A stretch of 64,000 nucleotides of DNA from a virus. Below are positions 46,044 through 56,479 of this stretch, piece by piece. Under the pieces are notes generated by a model. It was not told where the DNA came from. It saw only the letters and a list, made by a program, of their open reading frames with translations, and made no database searches. A program made the translations under genes and the position numbers. The stretch spans positions 32,001-96,000 of IMG/VR virus record IMGVR_UViG_3300042294_004068; one strand, given 5' to 3'. Numbering within the stretch: the first letter of the stretch is position 1; each line of letters starts with the position of its first letter.

Positions 46044-46828
46044 GCGTTTGCTTCTTTCTTAGTAGTGGTGGTTTGTTGTGCTTGTGGTACTTGTTTTGGT
46101 CCGAAGATAGTGTCGAGCATGACATCAATAGATAGCTTGTCTTGTTCGACAATCGAGCCCAATCGGCCTTGAACTCGTTCTCCTGCTTCATACTCATTTG
46201 TGCGTTCGACGTACATACGACGAACCTTGTAAGGAGGTGAAAGCGGGTCAGGGTTGGGGAAAGACTCGATAGTCAAAGCACCAAGAATGTCGTAGAAATA
46301 TGGCGCTTGAATAGCAAGCTGACCTTGTAGGTAAGGTCTGTGCTTTCCATCCTGAGTAACACGAGACATTGCTGTAAGAACAACAGCCTCGAGTGGGTTA
46401 GTTGGGTGCATCGTTAGGTCGCGGAGGTCGCGGAGAAGGCCACCCATGTGGCGAAGTAGTTCGCCCCACTGTTGCATCTTCATCTGCTCGTTTCCAGCGA
46501 TGCTGTCCATGCACTTAACTTGTAACTCTGATATAGAGTCAATAATCAATGATTTAAATTGGTGCTTACCAAGTTGCAACCATTGATATGTTTTAATCAC
46601 CGTGTCGTAATCACGTACTGTGACTACGCAGGTATCCCAAGTTCCATCTGCTACAGGTGGTTCCTCTCGCAGTGGGTCCCAGTACTTAACGACGATAGGC
46701 AAGAATCTATGACCGCCTTCAACGTCAAGCATGAGTCGTGGGTATGGTGCGGTTACGGCGAAAGTTGATTTACCAACTTTTGATTCTCCGTAAACCATTA
46801 CGGTCAGGGACCGTTGGATTTCACTCAT
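46040..46828 (-). CDS. AAA_24 / Sak4-like ATPase (single-strand annealing)
   Basis: VYGESKVGKSTFA, LDVEGG, LIIDSISE, QQWG. Confidence 0.85.
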   Translation of the reverse strand: MSEIQRSLTVMVYGESKVGKSTFAVTAPYPRLMLDVEGGHRFLPIVVKYWDPLREEPPVADGTWDTCVVTVRDYDTVIKTYQWLQLGKHQFKSLIIDSISELQVKCMDSIAGNEQMKMQQWGELLRHMGGLLRDLRDLTMHPTNPLEAVVLTAMSRVTQDGKHRPYLQGQLAIQAPYFYDILGALTIESFPNPDPLSPPYKVRRMYVERTNEYEAGERVQGRLGSIVEQDKLSIDVMLDTIFGPKQVPQAQQTTTTKKEANA

Positions 46829-46831
46829 GCG

Positions 46832-47761
46832 TCACTCGTTTCCTTTAGTTTCTTCTTGACCATAGTAAGCATATGGATCTGCTACTACGAAGTTATCACT
46901 GATTGCTTGTTCTGCGGCACTGCCATCATCAACAAGTGTGCAAACAGTGAAGAATGGGCACTTCCATTTGCAGTCACGCGAAGGGCGTGGATACGCATGG
47001 AAAGCTGGGTTCTCACCTTCATCCAATGCTGTTCTAACACGCATCATGTCGGCAATAGTGCCGTGCAGACGGTCCCAGAAGGAGCGTAGGGTGAAGATGT
47101 TGTGCCGTACTTCGATTTGGTCGTAGAACGGCGGACGTGCCGCTGCAGAACGTCGTACCTTCTTCAACATTGTGAAGATGCCTCCGTCTGAGCGTTCTGA
47201 CTCATCCTTCTTGGTGGATTCCAAGAGCATGTATGTCAAAATCTGTTCATTCATTGGTGCAAGGTTTGCAAATTCGCTCAATGAACCGCCAACTGTTTTA
47301 AAGTCACGGAACATACGAACACCATCACCCTTGCGACGCACACGCATATCAAGCTTTCCAGTGAGTTCAACTTCTCCATTGAAAAGCGGTGCGGTAATAA
47401 CTTCTTCTGTAGAAATCATTTCAAGTTCGGCATCAATGCCATTTTCTTCTACCCATTGCAAGTAGCCTTCAAGCATGATGTGTCCAAGTTCTCCCTCTTT
47501 TTCCAACTCGGAGACGTCTTTGAACTCTGCAAGAAGTACTTGCTTTTCTGCGTTTAAAAGTTTTGAGTGTGATTCTAGAAGCGGTGTTCCGTTTGCGTAG
47601 TAGTCATCTAGCGCAGCGTGAATTCTTGTACCAAGTACGAGTGCACCAGTAGAGTCTCTATACTTTGGTTGCAATCTTCTATAGTAAGTAAGCCACCACT
47701 TGCGACGGCAATCTTTAAATGTTTGAATCTCGCTGTTGGAGATTCTGACTACTTCGCTCAT
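46832..47761 (-). CDS. PD-(D/E)XK exonuclease (Cas4/AddB-like with Cys staple)
   Basis: ISNSEIQTFKDCRRKW, LGTRIHAAL, GKLD..RDFKT, Q..TY, C-terminal CKWKCPFFTVC. Confidence 0.88.
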   Translation of the reverse strand: MSEVVRISNSEIQTFKDCRRKWWLTYYRRLQPKYRDSTGALVLGTRIHAALDDYYANGTPLLESHSKLLNAEKQVLLAEFKDVSELEKEGELGHIMLEGYLQWVEENGIDAELEMISTEEVITAPLFNGEVELTGKLDMRVRRKGDGVRMFRDFKTVGGSLSEFANLAPMNEQILTYMLLESTKKDESERSDGGIFTMLKKVRRSAAARPPFYDQIEVRHNIFTLRSFWDRLHGTIADMMRVRTALDEGENPAFHAYPRPSRDCKWKCPFFTVCTLVDDGSAAEQAISDNFVVADPYAYYGQEETKGNE

Positions 47762-49557
47762 AGTAACCCTGCCTTATCGTCTTTAAGTAGTTTTAGTAGT
47801 TGTGTTTGGTCTTGAACGATGTCTTCAAAGTTCTGAGCTTTTTTCTCGAGAACATCGATAACACGTTCTTCTATAGTTCCTTCAGTCACGTAATCAGTGA
47901 TGATTACTGAGTCATGAATTTCGGAACCAATTCTGTGAACTCTATCAAGGGCTTGCTTGTGGTCAACTAGCGACCAAGGGCGTTGAAGCATAATCAAACG
48001 GCGAGCAGCAGTAAGAGTTACACCAACACCACCCGCCTGAGCAGTAAATAGAATCCATTTAGTTTTTCCAGATTGGAAATCATCGATGGCTTTCTGACGT
48101 TCATCTTCTGTTTGAGCACCTGTAATAAGCCCGTGAGGGATGCTCTTCTTTGTCATCTCGGCACTTACTAAATCAATTAATTGCCGAGACACAGCGCAAA
48201 CTGCCACTGAATCATCACCAAAGTCTCCGCTTTCAATATCGTCCATGAGTGCATCAACTTTGCAAGAAGGTTCAGTCAGATATACAGCTATTTCTCCTGT
48301 TTGCTCATTTGTCTCAAGAACAGCAGAAGAACTTGCAAACTGCAGAAGTCTTAAAGTCTGCGTCAAAATACTTGGAGCAGTGAGAGCAGAACCGTTTTCT
48401 AACTCTGCAATCATGGTGTCACGCATTTGCTCATAAGCCTTCTTCTGCTTAGGAGACATTTCAATGTCACGACGTTCGTTGATTACCTCTGGCAACCAAG
48501 GGAGCACAACAGACTTCAACATTCGTCGCATAACAGGTTGAACAGCTTTGTCGAATTCTGCTTGCATGTGAGGCTTTACTCCGATAACAAGCATTCCACC
48601 AAATGCATTTAACATGGTGTCTACCATTCGCTCAATCCAACGAGTTTTGCTAGGCCAGTCTTTTGGTGACAACCAGTGAAGGATTGCCCATAGGTCGACT
48701 ACATCTTTTGCAATCGGTGTACCAGTTAAAGCAAACTTAATTTGAGCATCGCCAGTTGCAGCCCATAGAGCTCGAGTCTGCTTTGACTTTGGCTCCTTAG
48801 AGCGGTGAATCTCATCTGCAATTACAGCTTTAAAATCAATAGCGTTCAACTCACGCTGATGCACTTCGCAGCGGTTAGCACTAACAGACTCGTCGTGACC
48901 TCCACAATCGGAGCAGCGAGTCAAAGCCACAGAGCCATAAGGAGCAAGTCTTGAGTGGCCTCTTAAAGCCTCCCAATTGAGAACATAAACATCGGCTTGA
49001 GCATCGAATTGTTTTTTGCGTTGTACTGCTGTTCCTTTGACAACTTGAGTGGTGACTTCAGGCCACCATTTTTCAAACTCTCTCGCCCAGTTCTTTTTTA
49101 GGGTGTTAGGGCAAACGATTAGTGCTGGAAAGACCTGCTCACCGTCGTTTTGTAGTTTTTTCAAGGCTCTGATTGCCTGAGCCGTTTTACCTAAACCTGG
49201 CTCGTCAGCGAGCAGGGCACGCTTAGCGGTGCTGAGGAACTGTACGCCCGCTCTTTGGTGTGGGAATAGGTCTTCATCCCCTTCCGCCTCTAAAACCTCT
49301 CTAAGGGCCATAGAAGGCGAAATACGGGTATTTAATTCATTGGTTGCCCAATCATTAAGGGCTGGACCTATTTGAAGGTCATGGAGGAAGGTGGAGCGCA
49401 AAGCAAGGCAACTGGACCAGCTTAAAGGCAGTCTCCATAGCTGGTCTTCTGTAGACCATTTAGAGCCTGGAATAGACTTACAAAGGTCTTTAAATCGCCA
49501 CTCAGCTTGAATGACTATGTTGGATTTTTCAGCGTCTAAATCCACAAATACTGGCAT
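47758..49557 (-). CDS. SNF2-family helicase
   Basis: LFPHQ, LLADEPGLGKT, LIVCP, IADEIH, LTGTP, AGGVGVTL, QALDRVHRIG, TIEE. Confidence 0.93.
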   Translation of the reverse strand: MPVFVDLDAEKSNIVIQAEWRFKDLCKSIPGSKWSTEDQLWRLPLSWSSCLALRSTFLHDLQIGPALNDWATNELNTRISPSMALREVLEAEGDEDLFPHQRAGVQFLSTAKRALLADEPGLGKTAQAIRALKKLQNDGEQVFPALIVCPNTLKKNWAREFEKWWPEVTTQVVKGTAVQRKKQFDAQADVYVLNWEALRGHSRLAPYGSVALTRCSDCGGHDESVSANRCEVHQRELNAIDFKAVIADEIHRSKEPKSKQTRALWAATGDAQIKFALTGTPIAKDVVDLWAILHWLSPKDWPSKTRWIERMVDTMLNAFGGMLVIGVKPHMQAEFDKAVQPVMRRMLKSVVLPWLPEVINERRDIEMSPKQKKAYEQMRDTMIAELENGSALTAPSILTQTLRLLQFASSSAVLETNEQTGEIAVYLTEPSCKVDALMDDIESGDFGDDSVAVCAVSRQLIDLVSAEMTKKSIPHGLITGAQTEDERQKAIDDFQSGKTKWILFTAQAGGVGVTLTAARRLIMLQRPWSLVDHKQALDRVHRIGSEIHDSVIITDYVTEGTIEERVIDVLEKKAQNFEDIVQDQTQLLKLLKDDKAGLL

Positions 49558-49625
49558 TTTTACTTCCTGTCACTATGTCAAACATACTATCACGAAAAAT
49601 TAAAAAACTTTAAAATTCTTGATAG

Positions 49626-50111
49626 TTATTTTTCTTTGTCTAAGAGTACACGAGGTACCCATCCTTGCTTGGCTAGAGCTAGTAGGGCGTGTCGTATTGC
49701 ATCATTAGCATGACCTTCCCCACCCACGTGCCAAGTTCCAACCTTTTTTAGAGCATCATTTGGGAACATGTTCTTTGCGTCTACTGGGTTTTGCATCCAT
49801 ATGTTTTCTGGCGAATAACCATCTTCCCTACATAGATGTTTCAAGACTCCTATTTGCTCTAGAGAGTATGGAGCCTGAGAATTTCGAACAGTGGCTGCAT
49901 TTATAATAAAACGCTCACACACAACTTTGAATGAGGGCGAGTTTTTATATTGGGCCATCACTGCTCTTACGTCAGAAGCAAAGTCTTCAGGCTGAGATTC
50001 CATTGAATAAACTTTAACTGGAAAGTCATCAGCCCCTCCGCTCCATGTAATAAGAGCTATACCCGTGGCTTTACCTGGGTCTACTGCCAAAATTGCATAG
50101 TTAGAGTTCAT
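49626..50111 (-). CDS. RuvC-like Holliday junction resolvase
   Basis: ILAVDPGKATGIA, VVCERF, EQIG, HANDAIRH. Confidence 0.8.
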   Translation of the reverse strand: MNSNYAILAVDPGKATGIALITWSGGADDFPVKVYSMESQPEDFASDVRAVMAQYKNSPSFKVVCERFIINAATVRNSQAPYSLEQIGVLKHLCREDGYSPENIWMQNPVDAKNMFPNDALKKVGTWHVGGEGHANDAIRHALLALAKQGWVPRVLLDKEK

Positions 50112-51934
50112 TCGTACTTTTGCCCCCAGTTCTCGAGTGGTCCTTCAACATCAGCCGTTAATGGAACAGCCCAACCTTCTCTGGTAGTCATACATTCACG
50201 AACAACTTTTTTAATTTCTTCAGCCTCTTCACGAGGGGCTTGAAGAACAATTTCGTCATGTACTGGAACAATTAAGTAGTCAGTCAAATCTGCTTGGTCT
50301 AGCTTTAAAAGATTTGACTTAAACACTTCAGCAGCACCACCTTGAATCAAATAATTGACTAGCGTGTATGTACGCTCTTCGTCACAAGGGATTCGACGTC
50401 CAGTCCAAGTGTGAACATATCCTTGCCCTTCAGTGCGAAGTCTTTCTTGACCAATGCTGTCGATATGTTTTTGAAAAGCAGCCATACCTGGATAGTTAAC
50501 GTCGAATGAATCAGACACAGCTCGCATTTGAGGTTCTGGAACACCAGCAGTTAAAGCTTGCTTAGCAACACCTGCACCATAGAGTCGTCCGTAGACAACA
50601 CCCTTAATGAGGTTACGACGCTTGTCAGACTTTTGCATAGTTGGGTCTTGATAAACCTGACGACCAATCTCAGTAAATGGATCAGAACCAGTTGCATCTG
50701 CCATGTTAAATAGATTGATTAGGTTTTCATCCCCTGACAAAGACGAGAACATACGGAACTCGACCTGATCCAAGTCAGATGTAATAATCACATGGTCAGG
50801 GTCTTTAGGGATGAAGGCTCGACGCACAGTTGCATCACCTTTAGGCAGAGTCTGCAATGCTGGGTCTGTAATTGACATACGAGAAGTTCTAGCAGCTACT
50901 GTTTTGATAGATGGGTGAAGAACTCCATCTATGTTCATATTGATAAAGTTTAAAAAGTAAGTGCTTGCTAGTTTTTCTGCTTTTCTAACTTGAAGAACTA
51001 TGTCTGCTAACTCTTTAACTTCTTGGTTGCCTTCAATAGCAAGTTTTTCTAGTTGGTCTCTTGCAGCAGACTTTTGACCAGAAGCGGTGAACTCTGTAAT
51101 TTCTCCACCAAGTTCTTCCAACATTCTGACAAGCTGTTGATTACTTGTTATCGAGCCACCATAACGATTGAATGCCCAAAGTTTTGTCTTCTCTGTGTAG
51201 TCAAGAAGTTCTTCATACTTTTTCTTTGAGTAATCGACATCAACGCGAGCGCCGTTAATTTCCATACGAGTAACGACTTTTCGTGCGCCCATCTCTAATT
51301 CGTAAGCTCGATTGTATGGACCATTAGGGCCACACTTTTCCCAGTACATCTCCCACAAACGCATTGTTAGTACTGTATCGAGAGCACCGTAAGACCAGAA
51401 TGGTTCAAAAGAAATTGGAACAGTTCCCCAAGTCCAACCATTAGCAGAAAGTTCTTCATCAAGTTTTGATTGAAGATGCGCAGCGTATGGGTCTATATGT
51501 TGAGCAGAAAGTTCTTTTAGACCACCGACACCAAGAGGGTCAACAATGTGAGCCATAATCATTGTGTCATGTGCACGGTCCCATGGAATACGCCAGCGAG
51601 ATTTAATTTCAAACCAGCGAGCTTCAAACGCAACGTTGTGACAAACAATAGGACCGTCAAAACGATTCATTGCTTCATAGAAAACGCCATTCCACTCTTC
51701 CCATGGAATAGACCAGCCAGTCATTCCGTCACCAACTTGGACAAGACGTAAATCACCATGCCAAGGAGACAATGCATCTTTACGTTGACCACCTGGACGT
51801 TCTCCAGTTTCAGTGTCAATCGCTATAGCATTGTATGGACGTCGTTCACCCAACCAATGAAGAAAAGCTTGCGCTTTTTCTACAGAGTCAACTAGATGTA
51901 GCTGAACTCCTGTTAAATCTCGTCTCTCAGTCAC
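50108..51934 (-). CDS. polA: Family A DNA polymerase (3'-5' exonuclease plus polymerase, no 5'-3' exonuclease)
   Basis: Exo I IAIDTET, Exo II HNVAFE, Exo III YGALD. TSRMS..PALQTLP, motif A DLDQVEFR, motif B KGVVYGRLYG, motif C VHDEI. Confidence 0.96.
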   Translation of the reverse strand: MTERRDLTGVQLHLVDSVEKAQAFLHWLGERRPYNAIAIDTETGERPGGQRKDALSPWHGDLRLVQVGDGMTGWSIPWEEWNGVFYEAMNRFDGPIVCHNVAFEARWFEIKSRWRIPWDRAHDTMIMAHIVDPLGVGGLKELSAQHIDPYAAHLQSKLDEELSANGWTWGTVPISFEPFWSYGALDTVLTMRLWEMYWEKCGPNGPYNRAYELEMGARKVVTRMEINGARVDVDYSKKKYEELLDYTEKTKLWAFNRYGGSITSNQQLVRMLEELGGEITEFTASGQKSAARDQLEKLAIEGNQEVKELADIVLQVRKAEKLASTYFLNFINMNIDGVLHPSIKTVAARTSRMSITDPALQTLPKGDATVRRAFIPKDPDHVIITSDLDQVEFRMFSSLSGDENLINLFNMADATGSDPFTEIGRQVYQDPTMQKSDKRRNLIKGVVYGRLYGAGVAKQALTAGVPEPQMRAVSDSFDVNYPGMAAFQKHIDSIGQERLRTEGQGYVHTWTGRRIPCDEERTYTLVNYLIQGGAAEVFKSNLLKLDQADLTDYLIVPVHDEIVLQAPREEAEEIKKVVRECMTTREGWAVPLTADVEGPLENWGQKYE

Positions 51935-51948
51935 TTACAATCTTTCTT

Positions 51949-52419
51949 CTAAGGAATCATCTCTATTCTATAGATTGATTCTATCTTTTCATCATACTTT
52001 GCTGCTTGTTCCAAAAGCCGCTGGGCTACGTGAGTTAGATATCTTGCCCCACCAGCATCATATTTGTAAAGAGCATCTAGCACAGGTTCTGGGTCTTCAG
52101 AAACTTGAGCCCATGTTCGGTCTTTTTCAGGGAAAATGATAGGAAGGTTTTTACTTGGATAGCACTCCTCGCATGGCAAGGAGTCTGGTTTTAGCTCATC
52201 TGAAGGAGCTTCAACTAGCCCGTATCTCTTTACAAGAGGACAAGCTGCTCCATGAAAAACTAAAGAAACTCCAACTCTCGAAAGAATGTAAGAACCATTT
52301 TCAGTCTTGTAAAGCTTAAACTCAATCCATCGCGTGGAGCCGCGACGCCATGAAGATGAATCGCCTAGAAGACGACCACTAAATTGGAGGGTACGAGAAC
52401 CGTCCTTTACTTCATACAT
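51949..52419 (-). CDS. Hypothetical protein with Cys/His cluster
   Basis: F.GRLLG..RWIEFKLYKT..YIL; H..C..CEEC. Coupled to the upstream gene. Confidence 0.7.
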   Translation of the reverse strand: MYEVKDGSRTLQFSGRLLGDSSSWRRGSTRWIEFKLYKTENGSYILSRVGVSLVFHGAACPLVKRYGLVEAPSDELKPDSLPCEECYPSKNLPIIFPEKDRTWAQVSEDPEPVLDALYKYDAGGARYLTHVAQRLLEQAAKYDEKIESIYRIEMIP

Positions 52420-52895
52420 TATGGCTGTGTCCCCCCTCCAGAGTTTTGTTGCTCTTGTAGAGATGTCAACAGATCAGATGTTTCTTGAGCTTGTTCTGTA
52501 TGTAAATCTTCATCATGTGTATGCTCAATAGTAAGCTCTTCTATTGGTACTACAATATCCGTAGCTCCTGCAGGGTTGTCTTTAAAATAGATATAAGACC
52601 ACCACAAAATGCATTCTTCTTTGGCCCATTCAATTTCTGCCCATCCGCGCATAGGCCAAGGCTCAAAACCAGGATTTTCATTTAATTGAATAAGCTCTAT
52701 ATTTTTTGAAACATCAGTTATATACTGAACAACATTATCCATGTGGTTGTATATTAATTCTGCAGAAAGTTCATCTCTTTCTTGAGTGTTATTTATGTTG
52801 ATAGCTGTATGAACTTCTTCAGAAGAAGATGCAGTAAATTTTTTACAGATATACGGACGGTCTTCACCGTTATATTGTGCAAGATATTCTATCAT
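52419..52895 (-). CDS. Hypothetical acidic protein directly after the tail fibre
   Basis: ATGA overlap with the fibre gene and a GGAAG RBS-like site. Confidence 0.65.
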   Translation of the reverse strand: MIEYLAQYNGEDRPYICKKFTASSSEEVHTAININNTQERDELSAELIYNHMDNVVQYITDVSKNIELIQLNENPGFEPWPMRGWAEIEWAKEECILWWSYIYFKDNPAGATDIVVPIEELTIEHTHDEDLHTEQAQETSDLLTSLQEQQNSGGGTQP

Positions 52896-54442
52896 ATTAC
52901 TTCCTTCAGTCTCTGAATCTCTTCCTTGAGAGAGTCTATCTCAGATTGTTGAGTTTTTAGTAGTTCAATAACGAGTGTTGAAAGAAGTCCGTAGTCAATA
53001 CCGTCTGGCTCGCCATTCTTATCGTATGAAAGGATTTGTTCAACACCTAAATCCTGAACTTCTTCAGCAATATAACCATACATCCATTCACGATTATATC
53101 TATTTTGTACCCCTCTAACAGAATTCTTGTATTTATATTTTTTAATTTTAAGATTTAAAATATTTTTTGGTTCTTGAACTACAAAATCTGATATATCTTG
53201 CTTTACTTTTAATGTAGATGGGACTACTCCTCCAATACTGACACCACCTTGAGGGGTAACACCATGAATGTGCGAACCATTTGAACCAACGTGACCGTGT
53301 GCACCACCAGTAATTGCCATGCTATTCATAAATAAAGTTGCGGTGTGCGTGTGAGCTGGTACAGACCCGCCAGTGTGTTGGTGGTTTCCAACAGCAACTT
53401 GATTGGAACCAGTGCCAACTGGAAGACGGGCAAAAGCAAGAGTACCACTATCAATTTTTGACGCACTAACTTGCGGAATGCGAGCATCAGCAAAAATACC
53501 TGAAGTAATTTTTCCAGCATCTAGGTTGGGAATTCTTGTAACATTTAATGTTCCTGAAGTAATTTTTCCAGCGTCTAAACCTGGAATTCGTCCAGCAGCA
53601 AATTCTCCTGAGGTAATAATAGATGCACCAAGTGATGGAATATTACCTGTTGATAAAACTCCAGATACTTGAGATGCTGCAACATTTCCTGTGATTTTAT
53701 CTCCAGCAATAGTTGCATTAGTTAGAGCTCCTCTAATTTTTGAGGCAGAAATTCCACTGGTACCGTCAATTAGACCATCAGTTATAGAACCGCTAATAAC
53801 ATTTTCTGTGCCAACTGCATTGGCGGCTAACTCGCTGTTTCCTACAGCATCTAAAGCAATCTCTGAAGAACCAACAGCATCAACATTAATTTCGGATGTT
53901 CCTACAGCGTCTGCTGTAATTTCTGCAGAACCTACGGCGTCTGAAGAGATTTCGCTGTTTCCTACAGAATCTGTTTGAAGATTCTCTGCTCCAGCTGCAT
54001 CTACACCTAACTCAGAAAAACCTACAGAATCTTGAGCTATTTCTGAAGAAGTCACTGCATCCGAGGCAATTTCATCGTTTCCTACTGCATCTGTGAGAAT
54101 GTTTTCTCGATAGACGGCATCTACAGAAAGCTCATTGGTTGTAACAGCATTTTCCACAATTTCTGCAGAACCAACTGCGTCTGTTTGTATTTCTGCAGCA
54201 CTTACTGAATCTATAGCAAGCTGAGCCTCACTAATTGCAGAATCAGCAACCAACTCTCTAGTGATTGCCTGTGCTAGAATTTTATCTGTGCTGATAATTC
54301 TAGGGGCAAGATTGTTTTCATCGACAGCAAAGTTACCTAATCTAGAAGGAGATGGCCTAGCCTCTAGATATTTAATTCTGCGTTGAACATCGGAAATAGA
54401 ACCTGTAATTGTTCTATTTCTACTTCTTCTTCTACTCGCCAA
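52892..54442 (-). CDS. Tail fibre/spike with decapeptide repeats and a C-terminal S74-type intramolecular chaperone
   Basis: DAVG..EI.. 10-aa repeats, LDAGKITSG repeats and His-rich HQH/HTH motifs. C-terminal STLKVKQDI..YKYK..YGYIAEEV..GIDY followed by a coiled coil. Confidence 0.85.
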   Translation of the reverse strand: MASRRRSRNRTITGSISDVQRRIKYLEARPSPSRLGNFAVDENNLAPRIISTDKILAQAITRELVADSAISEAQLAIDSVSAAEIQTDAVGSAEIVENAVTTNELSVDAVYRENILTDAVGNDEIASDAVTSSEIAQDSVGFSELGVDAAGAENLQTDSVGNSEISSDAVGSAEITADAVGTSEINVDAVGSSEIALDAVGNSELAANAVGTENVISGSITDGLIDGTSGISASKIRGALTNATIAGDKITGNVAASQVSGVLSTGNIPSLGASIITSGEFAAGRIPGLDAGKITSGTLNVTRIPNLDAGKITSGIFADARIPQVSASKIDSGTLAFARLPVGTGSNQVAVGNHQHTGGSVPAHTHTATLFMNSMAITGGAHGHVGSNGSHIHGVTPQGGVSIGGVVPSTLKVKQDISDFVVQEPKNILNLKIKKYKYKNSVRGVQNRYNREWMYGYIAEEVQDLGVEQILSYDKNGEPDGIDYGLLSTLVIELLKTQQSEIDSLKEEIQRLKEVI

Positions 54443-56465
54443 TTGTCTTTATCTTCCTCTTTTTGTCGACTTTCCAATCAGGAATAAGAACTAAATCTAC
54501 CGTCTCTGGGAATGTAGGAGTATCTGGGACAGACACTTTATAAGACTCAATTTTTCTAATTAAAATGTCATCTCTGGGTTCTTGGTCGTTGCCAAGTCTT
54601 TGACGTACGAATTCATCATCAATAATTATTGAACACCAATCACCTGGATTGTAAGAGCCAATTAATGGCGATAGAGAACCATTGACCTGAATGTTGTAAG
54701 TGCCTATTGGAGGTAAGGCTTCATAGAGATAATCCTGAGCATATTCATAGAGTGAGTCTTCATCTTCAATTTCATCTACCTGTTCTACCTGATCTAGAAG
54801 AGGCCAGCTCCTACCTTCTGTATTAGAAAGATACCCGCGGACAGCAGCACCTGCGTAAGGCTGGCTAGCATCGTCATTCATATCTTCTATACGACCGACT
54901 GCAAAGAAACGTGTAGCCGAGTCCTCTGCAGATTCTTCTACAGTAAATGTAAGAACGTTTCCTGGGTATTCAAACACTATTTGATCAGCACCTACCTCTT
55001 CTGCAGTGTAGTAATCTCCATTTGCTGGTTCAAACTCTAAGTCAGCAGAAAACACTTCAAACTTTCTTGTAAAGCTTGCAGTATCGTAGTCATAGTCGCA
55101 ATCAATTCGATACTCAAATGGACCATTTATAGAGTTGGAGTATTCTTCTAAAATTTCTCCAACTGTTTTATTTTGATACCCTCGAAAAGTAAGAGTGTCT
55201 CTATAATAACCACTTTTGATAGAGCTATCAAGAGCTATACCAATATCTGAGTTTGAAAGATAGCTTCCATAATCTCCGTAACTTACTTTGCTACCTAGTG
55301 TTACAGTTCCACCAGCCACTGCTTTAAAATCAGCAAGCACCGAGCCAGTAACGTATCTAATTTTATTTGCTGCTGGAACAGCACTAATTATTTGCCGTCC
55401 ATCATATGTTGTGTCAAGTACACCAGTAAAAAATGAATCTACACCTTTAACAACAGCAGAAGACCCAACCAATGAGTTATGAGTTCTATCAAGAGTTAGC
55501 TCTGCAGTTCCTCCACCATTAGGCCCAAAGATGTTGCCCATGGATCTTGAAATTACGTTGTATGTTTGAAGACCACTTACAGGGCTTGGGGGCACATCTG
55601 GACCGTTCAAGTCGTATCTAAAAGTTGTTGATGTAGGAACTTCAGTTACAAAATGAGTACCATCCAAGTCTGAGCCAACTTCATAAACAGATACTTCTTG
55701 ACCAACAATAATATCGTGTTCTTTTTCTGTAGTAATTGTTACTACGTTAGCTGAACGCTCTTTTTTAACGATTGGAACGTCAAAATCTTTAGCTGGTCTA
55801 ATTGCCTCATTTGCAAAATTAACCCCACCCAAATCTGTATTAATTCTGTAAACTAAATCTCTAGCTACATCAAAAGTATCTGCAAGTAATCTACATGCAC
55901 CAGAATCGCTTGTACCAGAGGTGTTTGCAGAAGTGCTTAAATACTGAAATTGATTTGCAGCAGTTATGTTTGTAATTTGATGAGTACCATTTACAGCAGG
56001 GTTTACTGTAGTAATTTTTATAAACTGGTCTTCAGAAAAACCGTGGGGTTCTTTAGTAGTTATTGTTGCAACTCCGCCAGAGACAGAATATGCAGCAATT
56101 CCAATGTACTCGGAGCCATAAACAATAGTTTGCCAAATATTTCTATGATAGAGATAGCTGACGAACTCAGCGCCGTCGACTGAAAGCTCCTGACTTCTTA
56201 CGTCATATCGACGTGACCAAATAATCCCGCCCCATACGCAAACCCCGTTACGCATAATGTAAATACCTGTTCTACCTGGCATAGTTGCTTCATAAAGGTC
56301 AAGGGCTTTTGTGGTTTCAATAAATGGAATAGTTCCAGAAAAAGCACCAGCTTTTCTATTAACTCTTTCATAGGAAACATTTTTAAAAGGAACTTCAGAA
56401 ATAACAGTATTTGTCAGCAAATCTGTTAGATAGTATCGGTATTCGACATTAGTCTGTAGTGTCAT
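54432..56465 (-). CDS. Minor tail (baseplate hub/Tal-like) protein with inserted beta repeats
   Basis: YRYYLTDLLT..E.P, G.FSGTI, RNG..VWGGIIWSR, FEYPGNV. Contains ATITT..PHGF-type repeats. Lies after the distal tail gene. Confidence 0.8.
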   Translation of the reverse strand: MTLQTNVEYRYYLTDLLTNTVISEVPFKNVSYERVNRKAGAFSGTIPFIETTKALDLYEATMPGRTGIYIMRNGVCVWGGIIWSRRYDVRSQELSVDGAEFVSYLYHRNIWQTIVYGSEYIGIAAYSVSGGVATITTKEPHGFSEDQFIKITTVNPAVNGTHQITNITAANQFQYLSTSANTSGTSDSGACRLLADTFDVARDLVYRINTDLGGVNFANEAIRPAKDFDVPIVKKERSANVVTITTEKEHDIIVGQEVSVYEVGSDLDGTHFVTEVPTSTTFRYDLNGPDVPPSPVSGLQTYNVISRSMGNIFGPNGGGTAELTLDRTHNSLVGSSAVVKGVDSFFTGVLDTTYDGRQIISAVPAANKIRYVTGSVLADFKAVAGGTVTLGSKVSYGDYGSYLSNSDIGIALDSSIKSGYYRDTLTFRGYQNKTVGEILEEYSNSINGPFEYRIDCDYDYDTASFTRKFEVFSADLEFEPANGDYYTAEEVGADQIVFEYPGNVLTFTVEESAEDSATRFFAVGRIEDMNDDASQPYAGAAVRGYLSNTEGRSWPLLDQVEQVDEIEDEDSLYEYAQDYLYEALPPIGTYNIQVNGSLSPLIGSYNPGDWCSIIIDDEFVRQRLGNDQEPRDDILIRKIESYKVSVPDTPTFPETVDLVLIPDWKVDKKRKIKTIGE

Positions 56466-56479
56466 TTATAGGAGTCCTT

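Noticed and set aside
46832-47761. Cas4-like nuclease as evidence of CRISPR-Cas
   Set aside because: No other cas gene or repeat-spacer array. It sits in a standard phage exonuclease/Sak4/SSB module.
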